Assembly: GCA_038253225.1 (NCBI GenBank)
Contig: JBBSHH010000001.1
Coordinates: 3,537 to 67,536 of the forward strand
From: Mycobacteriales bacterium
Lineage (GTDB): Bacteria; Actinomycetota; Actinomycetes; JALYNC01
DNA: 64,000 bases
Reading direction: 5' to 3'
The notes below the pieces were generated by a model. It worked only from the letters and a program-made list of their open reading frames with translations, made no database searches and was not told the DNA's origin. This document shows positions 44,154 to 53,176 of the stretch, piece by piece; position 1 is the first letter of the stretch, and every line of letters starts with the position of its first letter. Both the position numbers and the translations under genes were made by a program.

Positions 44154-45524
44154 GTGCAGGTCTACGACTCGCTGGCCGAGCTGGTCGGCAACACCCCGTT
44201 GGTCCGGCTGAACCGGCTCGGCGCGGGCCTGCCCGCCCCGGTCGTCGCGAAGGTCGAGTACTTCAACCCGGGCGGCTCGGTCAAGGACCGCATCGCGCTC
44301 GCGATGGTCGAGGCGGCCGAGGCCAGCGGCGAGCTTGCGGCCGGCGGGACGATCGTCGAGCCGACGTCGGGCAACACCGGCGTCGGGCTCGCGATCCTCG
44401 CCCAGGCCCGCGGCTACAAGTGCGTGTTCGTCTGCCCGGACAAGGTGTCCACCGACAAGATCAACGTGCTGCGGGCGTACGGCGCCGAGGTCGTCGTCTG
44501 CCCGACCGCTGTCGCGCCGGAGCACCCCGGCTCCTACTACAGCGTCTCCGACCGGCTGGCCCGGGAGATCCCGGGCGGCTGGAAGCCCGACCAGTACGCG
44601 AACGTCCACAACCCCGAGTCCCACTACGCCTCGACCGGGCCGGAGGTCTGGGCGCAGACCGACGGTCGGGTCACCCACTTCGTCGCCGGGATCGGCACCG
44701 GCGGCACGATCAGCGGCGCCGGGCGCTACCTCAAGGAGGTCTCCGGCGGCCGGGTCCGCATCGTCGGCGCCGACCCGGAGGGGTCGGTGTACTCGGGCGG
44801 CACCGGTCGGCCGTACCTCGTCGAAGGTGTCGGGGAGGACTTCTGGCCGGCGACGTACGACCCGAGCGTCTGCGACGAGATCCTGCCGGTCAGCGACCGG
44901 GACTCGTTCGTGACCACCCGCCGGCTGGCCCGCGAGGAGGCGCTGCTGGTCGGCGGCTCCTGCGGCATGGCCACCGCCGCCGCGCTGCGTCTCGCCGCCC
45001 GGCTGACCCCGCAGGACCTCGTCGTGGTGCTGCTGCCCGACGGTGGCCGCGGGTACCTCTCCAAGATCTTCAACGACGACTGGATGGCCGACTACGGCTT
45101 CTTGACCTCGGCGAGCAACGAGCCGCGGGTCGGCGACGTGCTGGGCCGCAAGGGCGCGCGGCTGCCGGACTTCGTCCACGTCCATCCGGACGAGACCGTC
45201 GGCTCCGCGGTCGCGATCCTGCGCGAGTACGGCGTCTCGCAGATGCCGGTCGTCAAGGAGGAGCCGCCGGTGATGGCCGCCGAGGTGGTCGGCTCGGTGA
45301 TCGAGCGGGAGCTGCTGCACCTGCTGTTCTCGGGGGTGGCCGCACCGCAGGACCGGCTGGAGCGGCACATGTCGCCACCGTTGCCGATGATCGGCTCCGG
45401 GGAGCCGCTGTCCGCCGCGATGGGAGCGCTGGAGAAGGCCGATGCCGCGGTCGTGCTCGACGACGGCAAGCCGCGCGGTGTCATCACCCGGCAGGACGTC
45501 CTCGGCTTCCTGGCCGCCCGGTGA
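44154..45524 (+). CDS. cbs: Cystathionine beta-synthase (PLP domain plus C-terminal CBS pair)
   Basis: PLP-enzyme motifs (FNPGGSVKDR; EPTSGNTG) and a C-terminal CBS-domain pair. The start is the in-frame GTG at 44154. It is followed by metB as in Mtb Rv1077-Rv1079. Confidence 0.9.
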   Translation: MQVYDSLAELVGNTPLVRLNRLGAGLPAPVVAKVEYFNPGGSVKDRIALAMVEAAEASGELAAGGTIVEPTSGNTGVGLAILAQARGYKCVFVCPDKVSTDKINVLRAYGAEVVVCPTAVAPEHPGSYYSVSDRLAREIPGGWKPDQYANVHNPESHYASTGPEVWAQTDGRVTHFVAGIGTGGTISGAGRYLKEVSGGRVRIVGADPEGSVYSGGTGRPYLVEGVGEDFWPATYDPSVCDEILPVSDRDSFVTTRRLAREEALLVGGSCGMATAAALRLAARLTPQDLVVVLLPDGGRGYLSKIFNDDWMADYGFLTSASNEPRVGDVLGRKGARLPDFVHVHPDETVGSAVAILREYGVSQMPVVKEEPPVMAAEVVGSVIERELLHLLFSGVAAPQDRLERHMSPPLPMIGSGEPLSAAMGALEKADAAVVLDDGKPRGVITRQDVLGFLAAR

Positions 45525-46723
45525 GCCGGCTCGACGGGTCGCCGGTCGAGGGCCCGCACGACCGGGGCGGCTGGGATCCGGCGACGTACGGCTTCGAGAC
45601 GCTGGCGATCCACGCCGGCCAGGACCCCGACCCCGCGACCGGCGCGGTCGTCACGCCCATCTACGCCACGTCGACGTACGCCCAGGATGCCGTCGGTGTG
45701 CACAAGGGCTACGAGTACAGCCGGTCGGGGAACCCGACCCGCACGGCGCTGGAGACCTGCCTGGCCGTGCTCGAGGGCGGCAGCCGTGGGCTGGCGTTCG
45801 CCTCCGGGCTGGCCGCCGAGGACTGCCTGCTGCGGACCGTGTGCCGGCCGGGTGACCACGCGGTGATCCCCGACGACGCCTACGGCGGCTCGTTCCGCCT
45901 GTTCGCCCGGGTGCTGCGGGACTGGGGGCTCTCGTTCACGCCGGTCGCGCTGGGCGACCTCGACGCGGTGCAGTCGGCGCTCCGGCCGGAGACCAGGGTG
46001 ATCTGGTGCGAGACGCCGACGAACCCGCTGCTCGGCATCGCCGACATCGCCGGGCTCGCCGGCATCGCCGGCGGCGCCGGGGCCCGGCTGGTGGTCGACA
46101 ACACGTTCGCCTCGCCCTACCTCCAGCAGCCGCTCGGGCTCGGCGCCGACGTGGTGGTGCACTCCACCACGAAGTACCTCGGCGGCCACTCCGACGTCGT
46201 CGGCGGCGCGCTGGTCTGCACGGACCCGGCGCTGGGCGAGGAGCTGCTCTACAACCAGAACGCGATGGGTGCGGTGCCCGACCCGTTCGGCGCCTGGCTG
46301 GTGCTGCGCGGCGCGAAGACCCTCGGCGTCCGGATGGACCGGCACTGCGCCAACGCCCGCCGCGTCGTCGACCTCCTCCGGGCGCACCCGGCGGTCGACC
46401 GGGTGCTCTACCCGGGGCTGCCCGAGCATCCCGGCCACGAGGTCGCCGCCAAGCAGATGCGCGACTTCGGCGGGATGGTGTCGTTCACCCTGCACGGTGG
46501 GGAGGCGGCGGCGCTCGACGTCGTCACCCGCACGCTGGTCTTCACCCTCGCGGAGTCCCTCGGCGGGGTGGAGTCGCTGATCGAGCACCCGGGCCGGATG
46601 ACCCACGCCTCGGTCGCGGGCTCGCCGCTGGAGGTGCCGGCCGACCTGGTGCGGCTCTCGGTCGGCATCGAGTCCGCCGACGACCTGGTCGCCGACCTGG
46701 CCCGCGCGCTGGGCTCGCTCTAA
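45521..46723 (+). CDS. metB: Cystathionine gamma-synthase/lyase (Cys/Met metabolism PLP enzyme)
   Basis: YSRSGNPT, HSTTKYLGGHSDVVGG (PLP-Lys) and GVESLIEHP. Its GTG overlaps the cbs stop. Confidence 0.9.
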   Translation: MSRLDGSPVEGPHDRGGWDPATYGFETLAIHAGQDPDPATGAVVTPIYATSTYAQDAVGVHKGYEYSRSGNPTRTALETCLAVLEGGSRGLAFASGLAAEDCLLRTVCRPGDHAVIPDDAYGGSFRLFARVLRDWGLSFTPVALGDLDAVQSALRPETRVIWCETPTNPLLGIADIAGLAGIAGGAGARLVVDNTFASPYLQQPLGLGADVVVHSTTKYLGGHSDVVGGALVCTDPALGEELLYNQNAMGAVPDPFGAWLVLRGAKTLGVRMDRHCANARRVVDLLRAHPAVDRVLYPGLPEHPGHEVAAKQMRDFGGMVSFTLHGGEAAALDVVTRTLVFTLAESLGGVESLIEHPGRMTHASVAGSPLEVPADLVRLSVGIESADDLVADLARALGSL

Positions 46724-46743
46724 GCCGCCCGCCGCCGCGCCGG

Positions 46744-47088
46744 TCAGCCCCAACCGAGCTCGTGCAGGCGCTCGTCGTCGATGCCGAAGTGGTGCGCGAC
46801 CTCGTGCACCACCGTGACCAGTACCTCAGTCACCGCCTCTGCTTCGGTGCGGCAGCGGGCGAGGATCGGACCCCGGAAGATCGTGATCCGGTCCGGGAGC
46901 ACGCCGGCGTACGCCGACCCCCGCGAGGTCAGCGCCACCCCCTCGTAGAGCCCAAGCAGCCCCGGCTCCGGCGCGTCGTCCTCGACGAGCACGACGACGT
47001 TGTCCATCACCCGCGCCAGCTCCGCCGGTAGCGCGTCGAGCGCGTCGGCGACGAGCTCCTCGAACCGCTGCGCGGACACCTCGACCAT
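46744..47088 (-). CDS. Zinc metallopeptidase-like small protein (HExxH; DUF1025/zincin-like)
   Basis: HEVAHHFG motif. The real gene is the 114-aa 3' part of the track ORF, with an ATG after RBS ggagg. Confidence 0.55.
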   Translation of the reverse strand: MVEVSAQRFEELVADALDALPAELARVMDNVVVLVEDDAPEPGLLGLYEGVALTSRGSAYAGVLPDRITIFRGPILARCRTEAEAVTEVLVTVVHEVAHHFGIDDERLHELGWG

Positions 47089-47146
47089 CCCCCCATCCTC
47101 CCCGGGTCCCCGACCGCGGCTGCGGTCGCCGGTAGGTTCGGCGCCC

Positions 47147-47944
47147 ATGCGGAGCAGGGAGTACGGGCCGGACGTGCTCACCGGACGGACCCGGAGTCGC
47201 CCGGCGCCGCCCGAGCTGGCCGCCGAGCTCGGGCTCGTCGTGGAGGACCCGGTCTCGGGCTGGGTCGGCGCGGTGGTGGGGATCGACCGGGACGGCGTCA
47301 CGCTCGAGGACCGGCACGGTCGGCGCCGGTTCTGCCCGTACGGCGTCCTGGCGGTGGACGACGCCGCCGTCGCGCTGACCCGGCCGCGACCGGCGGCCGC
47401 GACACCCGGCCGCACCGCGTCCGGCTCGGTCGCGCCCGCACCGATGCGGGCCCGGGTGGCGCGGGCTGGGCGCATCTACGTCGAGGGGCGGCACGACGCC
47501 GAGCTGGTCGAGCAGGTGTGGGGGGAGGACCTGCGGGTCGAGGGCGTCGTCGTCGAGTACATGGAAGGTGTCGACGGCCTGGCTGCCGTCGTCGCGGCGT
47601 TCCGGCCGGGGCCCGGCCGGCGGCTCGGCGTGCTGGTCGACCACCTGGTCCCCGGCTCGAAGGAGAGCCGGCTCGCCGCCGCGGTCACCGCCCCGGACGT
47701 GCTCGTCGTCGGCCACCCCTACGTCGACATCTGGCAGGCGGTGCGACCCGCCGCTCTCGGCATCCCGGGCTGGCCGGTGGTCGCGCGCGGGACGGCCTGG
47801 AAGGACGGCGTGTGCGCCGCCCTCGGGCTCGGCGACCCGCGGGCCGCCTGGCCGCGGATCCGCGGCGCCGTCCGCAGCTACGCCGACCTCGAGCCGCCGC
47901 TGCTCGCCGCGGTGGAGCGACTGATCGACTTCGTGACGGCCTGA
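47147..47944 (+). CDS. DUF3097-domain protein
   Basis: Conserved actinobacterial hypothetical that is divergent from the metallopeptidase-like gene. The start is the in-frame ATG at 47147. Confidence 0.55.
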   Translation: MRSREYGPDVLTGRTRSRPAPPELAAELGLVVEDPVSGWVGAVVGIDRDGVTLEDRHGRRRFCPYGVLAVDDAAVALTRPRPAAATPGRTASGSVAPAPMRARVARAGRIYVEGRHDAELVEQVWGEDLRVEGVVVEYMEGVDGLAAVVAAFRPGPGRRLGVLVDHLVPGSKESRLAAAVTAPDVLVVGHPYVDIWQAVRPAALGIPGWPVVARGTAWKDGVCAALGLGDPRAAWPRIRGAVRSYADLEPPLLAAVERLIDFVTA

Positions 47945-47954
47945 GCCCGGCCGG

Positions 47955-48395
47955 TCAGGTGCTCGGCTGCCCCGGCTGGAAGACCATCAGCAGCAGGATC
48001 ACCAGCCAGATCAGCGCGACGGCGGCGGACACACCGGCCACCCGGCCGGCCTTGACGCTGGCGGCCTCGCCGGCGGAGATCCGGGCGACCGCGCGGGCCT
48101 GGTCGCGGTAGACCAGCCCGAACACCAGGCCCAGCGCGACGATGAACAACGTCATCGACACCGTCAACCACGGTTGGCTGAGGTGGTTGTCGCCGGTGCT
48201 GCCGAGCCAGAGCCCGAGCAGGAAGACCAGCACCGACGCGCCGCCGTAGATCCGGGTGGTCTGGTGCAGGAAGCGCAGCACCGGCAGGCCCTCGGCCCCG
48301 AGCCGGATGTAGCGCGGCGAGACCGACGTCGCGACGGTCAGCGGGCCGATCAGGAAGATCGACGCGGCGACGTGCAGGAACAGGACGAAGGACAT
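47955..48395 (-). CDS. DUF2269-family integral membrane protein
   Basis: Four TM helices in 146 aa. Confidence 0.5.
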   Translation of the reverse strand: MSFVLFLHVAASIFLIGPLTVATSVSPRYIRLGAEGLPVLRFLHQTTRIYGGASVLVFLLGLWLGSTGDNHLSQPWLTVSMTLFIVALGLVFGLVYRDQARAVARISAGEAASVKAGRVAGVSAAVALIWLVILLLMVFQPGQPST

Positions 48396-48405
48396 GGGCC
48401 GGACC

Positions 48406-49614
48406 CTAGTCCGCGAGGACCGCCGGCTCCGGCCGGGACGCGCGGGTCTCCGGCGCGAGCGTGGCGAGCAGCGCCGCCAGCCCGAGGACGCCGGCGGTGG
48501 CGCCGAACGCGGCGCCGTAGGAGAAGCTGTCGGCCAGCCGGCCGGTCACCAGCGGACCGATCACCTGGCCGGCGTCACCGGCCATCTGGTACGTCGCGAC
48601 GACCGTCCCGCCGCGGCCGGCGACCACGTCCCCGACGACGGCCGCCGGGGCCACGTCGAGCAGGCCCGAGCCCAGCCCGAAGACGACCATCGCGACCAGG
48701 TAGCCCGGCAGCGTCGGGGCGAGCGCGAGCAACAGGATGCCGAGCCCGGAGGTGGCGCAGCCGGCGATCAGCACCGGGCGCCGACCGCGGGTGTCGGCGA
48801 CCGTGCCGGCCGGGAGCAGGACCAGGGCGTTCACCGCCGCGACGATCACGAAGCCGATGCCGACCCAGACGAAGCCGACGCCGAGCACGTCCACGACGAA
48901 CAGCGGGATCAGCGCGCTGCGTACCCCCAGCACGGCCCAGGTGTCGGCGAAGTTCGCCGCCAACGCGGCCCGGTACGCCGGCCGGCGCAGCGCCGCCCCG
49001 AGGCCGGTCCGCTGCATCCGCGGGTCGTCGCCGGCCCGACCGGCCAGGGCGGTGTGCCGCAGCGCGAACACCCCGATGCCGCCGGCCACGCTCAGCGTGG
49101 CGGCGTAGAGGAAGAACGGCGCCCGGATCGACCAGGCCGTGACCACGCCGCCGAGCGCCGGGCCGGTCACGCCTCCGAGCAGGAACCCGCCGGAGAACAG
49201 CCCGGAGGCCCGGCCGCGCTGCTCGGCGGTGACGACCCGCAGCAGCAGGCTGACCGCGCTGACCGAGAACATCGCCGAGCCGATCCCGCCGACGCCGCGC
49301 AGCAGCAGCAGCTGCAGGTAGCTCTGCGCCAGCCCGGCCAGCGCGCTGCTCACCCCCACGATCGCGATCCCGCCGGCGAGCACCAGGCGTTCGCCGAAGC
49401 GGTCCACCAGCCGCCCGCAGCCCAGCACGGACACCAGCCGCATCAGCGCGAAGGCGCTGATCACCGCCCCGGAGGCGGTGCGCCCGACCCCGAAGTCGCG
49501 GGCGAAGACGGGGATCGCCGGCGCGACCACGCCGAATCCGACGGCGACGGAGAACGCCACCGCCACGAGGACCCCGACCTCGCGAGGCAGGCCGGCCAGC
49601 GAGGGGAGGCGCAC
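48406..49614 (-). CDS. MFS transporter
   Basis: 12 predicted TM segments and an MFS motif (GRLVDRFGERL). The start is uncertain (GTG 49614 or the track ATG 49668). Confidence 0.8.
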   Translation of the reverse strand: MRLPSLAGLPREVGVLVAVAFSVAVGFGVVAPAIPVFARDFGVGRTASGAVISAFALMRLVSVLGCGRLVDRFGERLVLAGGIAIVGVSSALAGLAQSYLQLLLLRGVGGIGSAMFSVSAVSLLLRVVTAEQRGRASGLFSGGFLLGGVTGPALGGVVTAWSIRAPFFLYAATLSVAGGIGVFALRHTALAGRAGDDPRMQRTGLGAALRRPAYRAALAANFADTWAVLGVRSALIPLFVVDVLGVGFVWVGIGFVIVAAVNALVLLPAGTVADTRGRRPVLIAGCATSGLGILLLALAPTLPGYLVAMVVFGLGSGLLDVAPAAVVGDVVAGRGGTVVATYQMAGDAGQVIGPLVTGRLADSFSYGAAFGATAGVLGLAALLATLAPETRASRPEPAVLAD

Positions 49615-49809
49615 GGGGCGCAGTCTCGCACCCCGCCTACTTGTGCGCCGTTCTCGCCCAGCGTACAAAGATCAGCACGCGCAGTCACGGGATGGGCCGC
49701 GGGAGGCCGTCTCGATACTGCGCGGCGGAGCGACCGTCACCGCCGTGCCAGGCGGCGGTCGCGGAGCCGCGGGCGGTCACGGCGACCGTGGCCCCCCGCG
49801 GCTCACCGG

Positions 49810-51750
49810 CTATCGGCCGCGGCGCGCCCGCAGGTAGTCCCGGACGACGTACTCGCCGAGGCGGTCCGGCGACGGCGCGAACACCCGGCCGCCGTTGCGC
49901 CGGGCCAGGCTGTCGACGAAGCGCACCAGCCGCGGCTCGTCGTCGAGCATGAAGACGTTGATCGTCGCACCGCGCCGGCTGATCTTCTCGACCTCGGCCA
50001 TGGTCCGCTCGATCGTCTCGGGCAGCGGCGGCCAGCAGAACTCGGCCCGCCCGCTCGGCAGCAGGTGCGCGGTCGGCTCGCCGTCGGTGACGACCAGCAC
50101 CACCGGCTCGGCGTCGGGATGCCGGGCCAGGTGCCGACCGGCGATCATCAGGGCGTGCTGCAGGTTCGTGCCCTGCACCATGTCCCAGGACAGCCCGGCC
50201 AGCTCGGTCGGCCGCAGCACCCGGGCGTAGTCGCTGAAGCCGATGATCTCGATGGCGTCCTGCGGGTACCTCGTGGTGACCAGCGAGTGCAGCGCCAGCG
50301 CCGTGGACTTCGCGGTCCCCCAGGTGCCGCGCAGCGCCATCGAGTAGGACAGGTCCACCAGCAGGCAGACGGCCGCAGCGGTCCGCCGCTCGGTCTCCAC
50401 CACCTCGAAGTCCTCGACCCGCAGCGCGACCCGGGCGCCGGGGCCGGCCCGCAGCACCGCGTTGCGCACGGTGCGGACGACGTCGAGCGGCTGCTCGTCG
50501 CCGAACTCCCACGGCCGGCTGTCGCCGGTGTGCTCACCGGTCGCGCCGGCGTCCGCGACGTCGTGCTCGCCGCGGCTGTGGGCCGCCAGCCGGGCGAACA
50601 CCCGGCGCAGGGCGGTGCCGCCGATCCGGCGAACCGCCCGCGGGGTCAGCTCCAGCCGGCCGGCCACCCGCTGCAGGTAGCCCTGCTGCTCCAGCTCGCG
50701 TTCGATCTGCCGCAGCGCGGCGACGTCGTCCACCGCGGGCCGGCCCAACGCCCGGGCGACGGCGTCCTGGTCGACGTCGTCGAGGCTGGCGCCGGGGTAG
50801 TCCTGCCCGAGCGTCGAGGAGAGCTCGTCGAGGTCGGCGAGCTCCTCCAGCGCGGTGGTGGCGTCGCCGAGACCCATCCCGCCCTCGCCGCGCATCCGTT
50901 CCCGGCCGGACCAGTCGAGGTCGGGCCGGCGGGAGCGCAGCGCCGCGCCCAGCCGATCCATCTCGCCGGTCAGGCCCATGTCCGCCATCGCGGCGGCCAT
51001 CAGGTTGGCCAGCTCCTCCCGCTGCTCGCCGGAGAGCGACTGCATCAGCCGCTGGCCGGCCGCGGCCCGGCGGGCGAGGGCGTCGACGAGCTCCTCGAGG
51101 TTCGCCGGGTGCTCGGGAAACAGGTCGCCGTAGCGCTGCATGAACTGCTCGAAGGCCGGCCCGGTGTCCTCCCCGCGGGCGTCCGCCTCGAGCATCGCGT
51201 TGAGCTCGGCCAGCATGTCCTTGACCCGGGCCAGCTCGGCCGGGCCGGCGTTCTGCAGCGCGGACTTGAGCCCCCGGAACTGGCTGTCGAGCACCTCCCG
51301 GCGGAGCAGGTCCTGGATCTGCTGGTAGGACGCCCGCGCGTCCGGGGAGCGCCACGGGTAGTCGGCCAGGGTCCGGACCGCTCGGGCGGTGTCGCGCGGC
51401 AGCGCGTCCAGCTCGCTCTCGGCCAGCCGGGCGGCGTCGTCCGGGTCCGGGAACAGGGCCGCCCGCTCCTGCCCCAGCGCCCGGTCGAGCAGCTCCCGGA
51501 CCTCCTCCAGCGTGCCGTCGAGCCGGCCGCGCTCGCGGACCTCACGTACCCGGGCGCGCACCGAACGCGCCAGCTCGTCCAGGCCGCGCCGGCCGTCGGT
51601 GCCGCGGCGCAGCAGCTGCGAGAGCGCCTCCCGCGGGCTCATGCCGTCGAGGACGGCGTCACCCATCTCATCGAGCGCGCCGGCGATGTCGTACGGCGGG
51701 GCCAGCGGGTCCCGGCCGCCGGACCAGGCGCCGTAGCGGTAGCCGGTCAC
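49810..51750 (-). CDS. VWA-domain protein (CoxE/BchD-like partner of the adjacent AAA+ ATPase; Mtb Rv0959-like)
   Basis: Long acidic coiled N-terminal region and a C-terminal VWA (VCLLVDLSYSM...VVLVVTDGEPT). Confidence 0.75.
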   Translation of the reverse strand: MTGYRYGAWSGGRDPLAPPYDIAGALDEMGDAVLDGMSPREALSQLLRRGTDGRRGLDELARSVRARVREVRERGRLDGTLEEVRELLDRALGQERAALFPDPDDAARLAESELDALPRDTARAVRTLADYPWRSPDARASYQQIQDLLRREVLDSQFRGLKSALQNAGPAELARVKDMLAELNAMLEADARGEDTGPAFEQFMQRYGDLFPEHPANLEELVDALARRAAAGQRLMQSLSGEQREELANLMAAAMADMGLTGEMDRLGAALRSRRPDLDWSGRERMRGEGGMGLGDATTALEELADLDELSSTLGQDYPGASLDDVDQDAVARALGRPAVDDVAALRQIERELEQQGYLQRVAGRLELTPRAVRRIGGTALRRVFARLAAHSRGEHDVADAGATGEHTGDSRPWEFGDEQPLDVVRTVRNAVLRAGPGARVALRVEDFEVVETERRTAAAVCLLVDLSYSMALRGTWGTAKSTALALHSLVTTRYPQDAIEIIGFSDYARVLRPTELAGLSWDMVQGTNLQHALMIAGRHLARHPDAEPVVLVVTDGEPTAHLLPSGRAEFCWPPLPETIERTMAEVEKISRRGATINVFMLDDEPRLVRFVDSLARRNGGRVFAPSPDRLGEYVVRDYLRARRGR

Positions 51751-51754
51751 CGGC

Positions 51755-53176
51755 TCATCCGCCGTACACCGTCCGGCCGGGCAGCTCGTCCTTCGCCAGC
51801 TTGCGGCCCAGGTGCAGCCCCTCCAGGACGAACTCCAGCGCGGCGGCGGCCAGCCCCGGGGTCTCGGCGCCCTCGTCGATGCCGAGCCGCTCGAGGATCC
51901 GGGCCAGCCCCGGCACCGGGCCGAGCCGGGTCAGCAGCTCGGTGGCCGCCACCAGCTCGCCGGTCTCCACCGTCTCGCCCTCGGCGAAGCGGTGCAGCAC
52001 CCCGGAGAGGTCGACGCCGGCCAGCCGGGCCCGGAAGGTCTCGGCGGTGGCGCGGCGGAGCAGGTGCGCGAGCACCTCGGCCTCCCGGCCCTCCTCGGCC
52101 TGCTCGAACTCGACCTTGCCCATCGACGCCGGCACCACGGCCGGCAGGTCGGCGACCCGGGCCACGGCGACCGGCTCACCGGTCAGCGCCGCACGCCGGA
52201 CGGCGGAGGCCGCCACGGTCTCGGCGGCGGCGATCGCGAACCGGGCCGACACCCCGCTGCGCGCGTCCACGGCCGGGGACTCGCGCACCAGCCGGGTGAA
52301 CCGGGCCAGCACCTCGAGCAGATGGTCCGGCAGCAGCGCCGACACCGCGTCCGGGCCCCACCCGAGCACCGCCTCCTGGCGGATCAGGGTCAGCTCGTCG
52401 GCCAGCCGCAGCGGGTAGTGGGTGCGGACCTCGGCGCCGAACCGGTCCTTGAGCGGGGTGATGATCCGGCCGCGGTTGGTGTAGTCCTCGGGGTTGGCGC
52501 TGGCCACCAGCAGCAGGTCCAGCGGCAGCCGCAGCGTGTAGCCGCGGACCTGGATGTCACGCTCCTCCAGCACGTTGAGCAGGGCCACCTGGATCCGCTC
52601 GGCCAGGTCCGGCAGCTCGTTGACGCTGAAGATGCCGCGGTTGGTGCGCGGCACCAGCCCGTAGTGCACGGTCTCCGGGTCGCCGAGGGTGCGCCCCTCC
52701 GCCACCTTGATCGGGTCGACGTCGCCGATCAGGTCGCCGACGCTCGTGTCCGGCGTCGCGAGCTTCTCGCCGTACCGGTCCGCCCGGGGCAGCCAGGCGA
52801 CCGGGGTGCCCTCGCGGCGCTCGGCCACCAGCCGGGTGCAGCGCACGCAGACCGGGGCGTAGGGGTGGTCGTTGATCTCGCAGCCGGAGACCACCGGCGT
52901 CCAGTCGTCGAGGAGCCCGACCAGGCTGCGGATCAGCCGGGTCTTGCCCTGCCCGCGCTCGCCGAGCAGCACGAGGTCGTGGCCGGCGAGCAGTGCCCGT
53001 TCCACCTGCGGGAGCACGGTCGCGTCGAACCCGACGATGCCGGGGAAACGGTCCACCCCGGCCGTCATCCGAGCCAGCAAATTGTCGCGGATCTCCGCCT
53101 TGACGCTTCGATGCCGGTGACCGCTGGCGCGCAGCTCAGCGAGTGTCGCGATGGCGGGGGCAGGGCTCGTCGTCAC
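51755..53176 (-). CDS. Magnesium-chelatase-subunit-like (ChlI/BchI-family) AAA+ ATPase (Mtb Rv0958-like)
   Basis: FPGIVGFDATVLPQVERALLAGHDLVLLGERGQGKTRLIRSL (Walker A region) and FSVNELPDLAERIQVALLNVLEERDIQVRG (Walker B / sensor). Start choice: the track's GTG at 53242 overlaps the upstream HNH ORF by 107 nt, the in-frame GTG at 53176 overlaps it by 41 nt, and an ATG at ~53074 would avoid the overlap. Confidence 0.75.
   Translation of the reverse strand: MTTSPAPAIATLAELRASGHRHRSVKAEIRDNLLARMTAGVDRFPGIVGFDATVLPQVERALLAGHDLVLLGERGQGKTRLIRSLVGLLDDWTPVVSGCEINDHPYAPVCVRCTRLVAERREGTPVAWLPRADRYGEKLATPDTSVGDLIGDVDPIKVAEGRTLGDPETVHYGLVPRTNRGIFSVNELPDLAERIQVALLNVLEERDIQVRGYTLRLPLDLLLVASANPEDYTNRGRIITPLKDRFGAEVRTHYPLRLADELTLIRQEAVLGWGPDAVSALLPDHLLEVLARFTRLVRESPAVDARSGVSARFAIAAAETVAASAVRRAALTGEPVAVARVADLPAVVPASMGKVEFEQAEEGREAEVLAHLLRRATAETFRARLAGVDLSGVLHRFAEGETVETGELVAATELLTRLGPVPGLARILERLGIDEGAETPGLAAAALEFVLEGLHLGRKLAKDELPGRTVYGG

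Noticed and set aside
49685-50512. 275-aa minus-strand ORF upstream of the MFS gene, and the ~195-bp gap 49615-49809.
   Set aside because: The ORF is Arg/Gly-rich, overlaps the 3' end of the VWA gene in another frame and has no domain. The gap is treated as the MFS promoter region.
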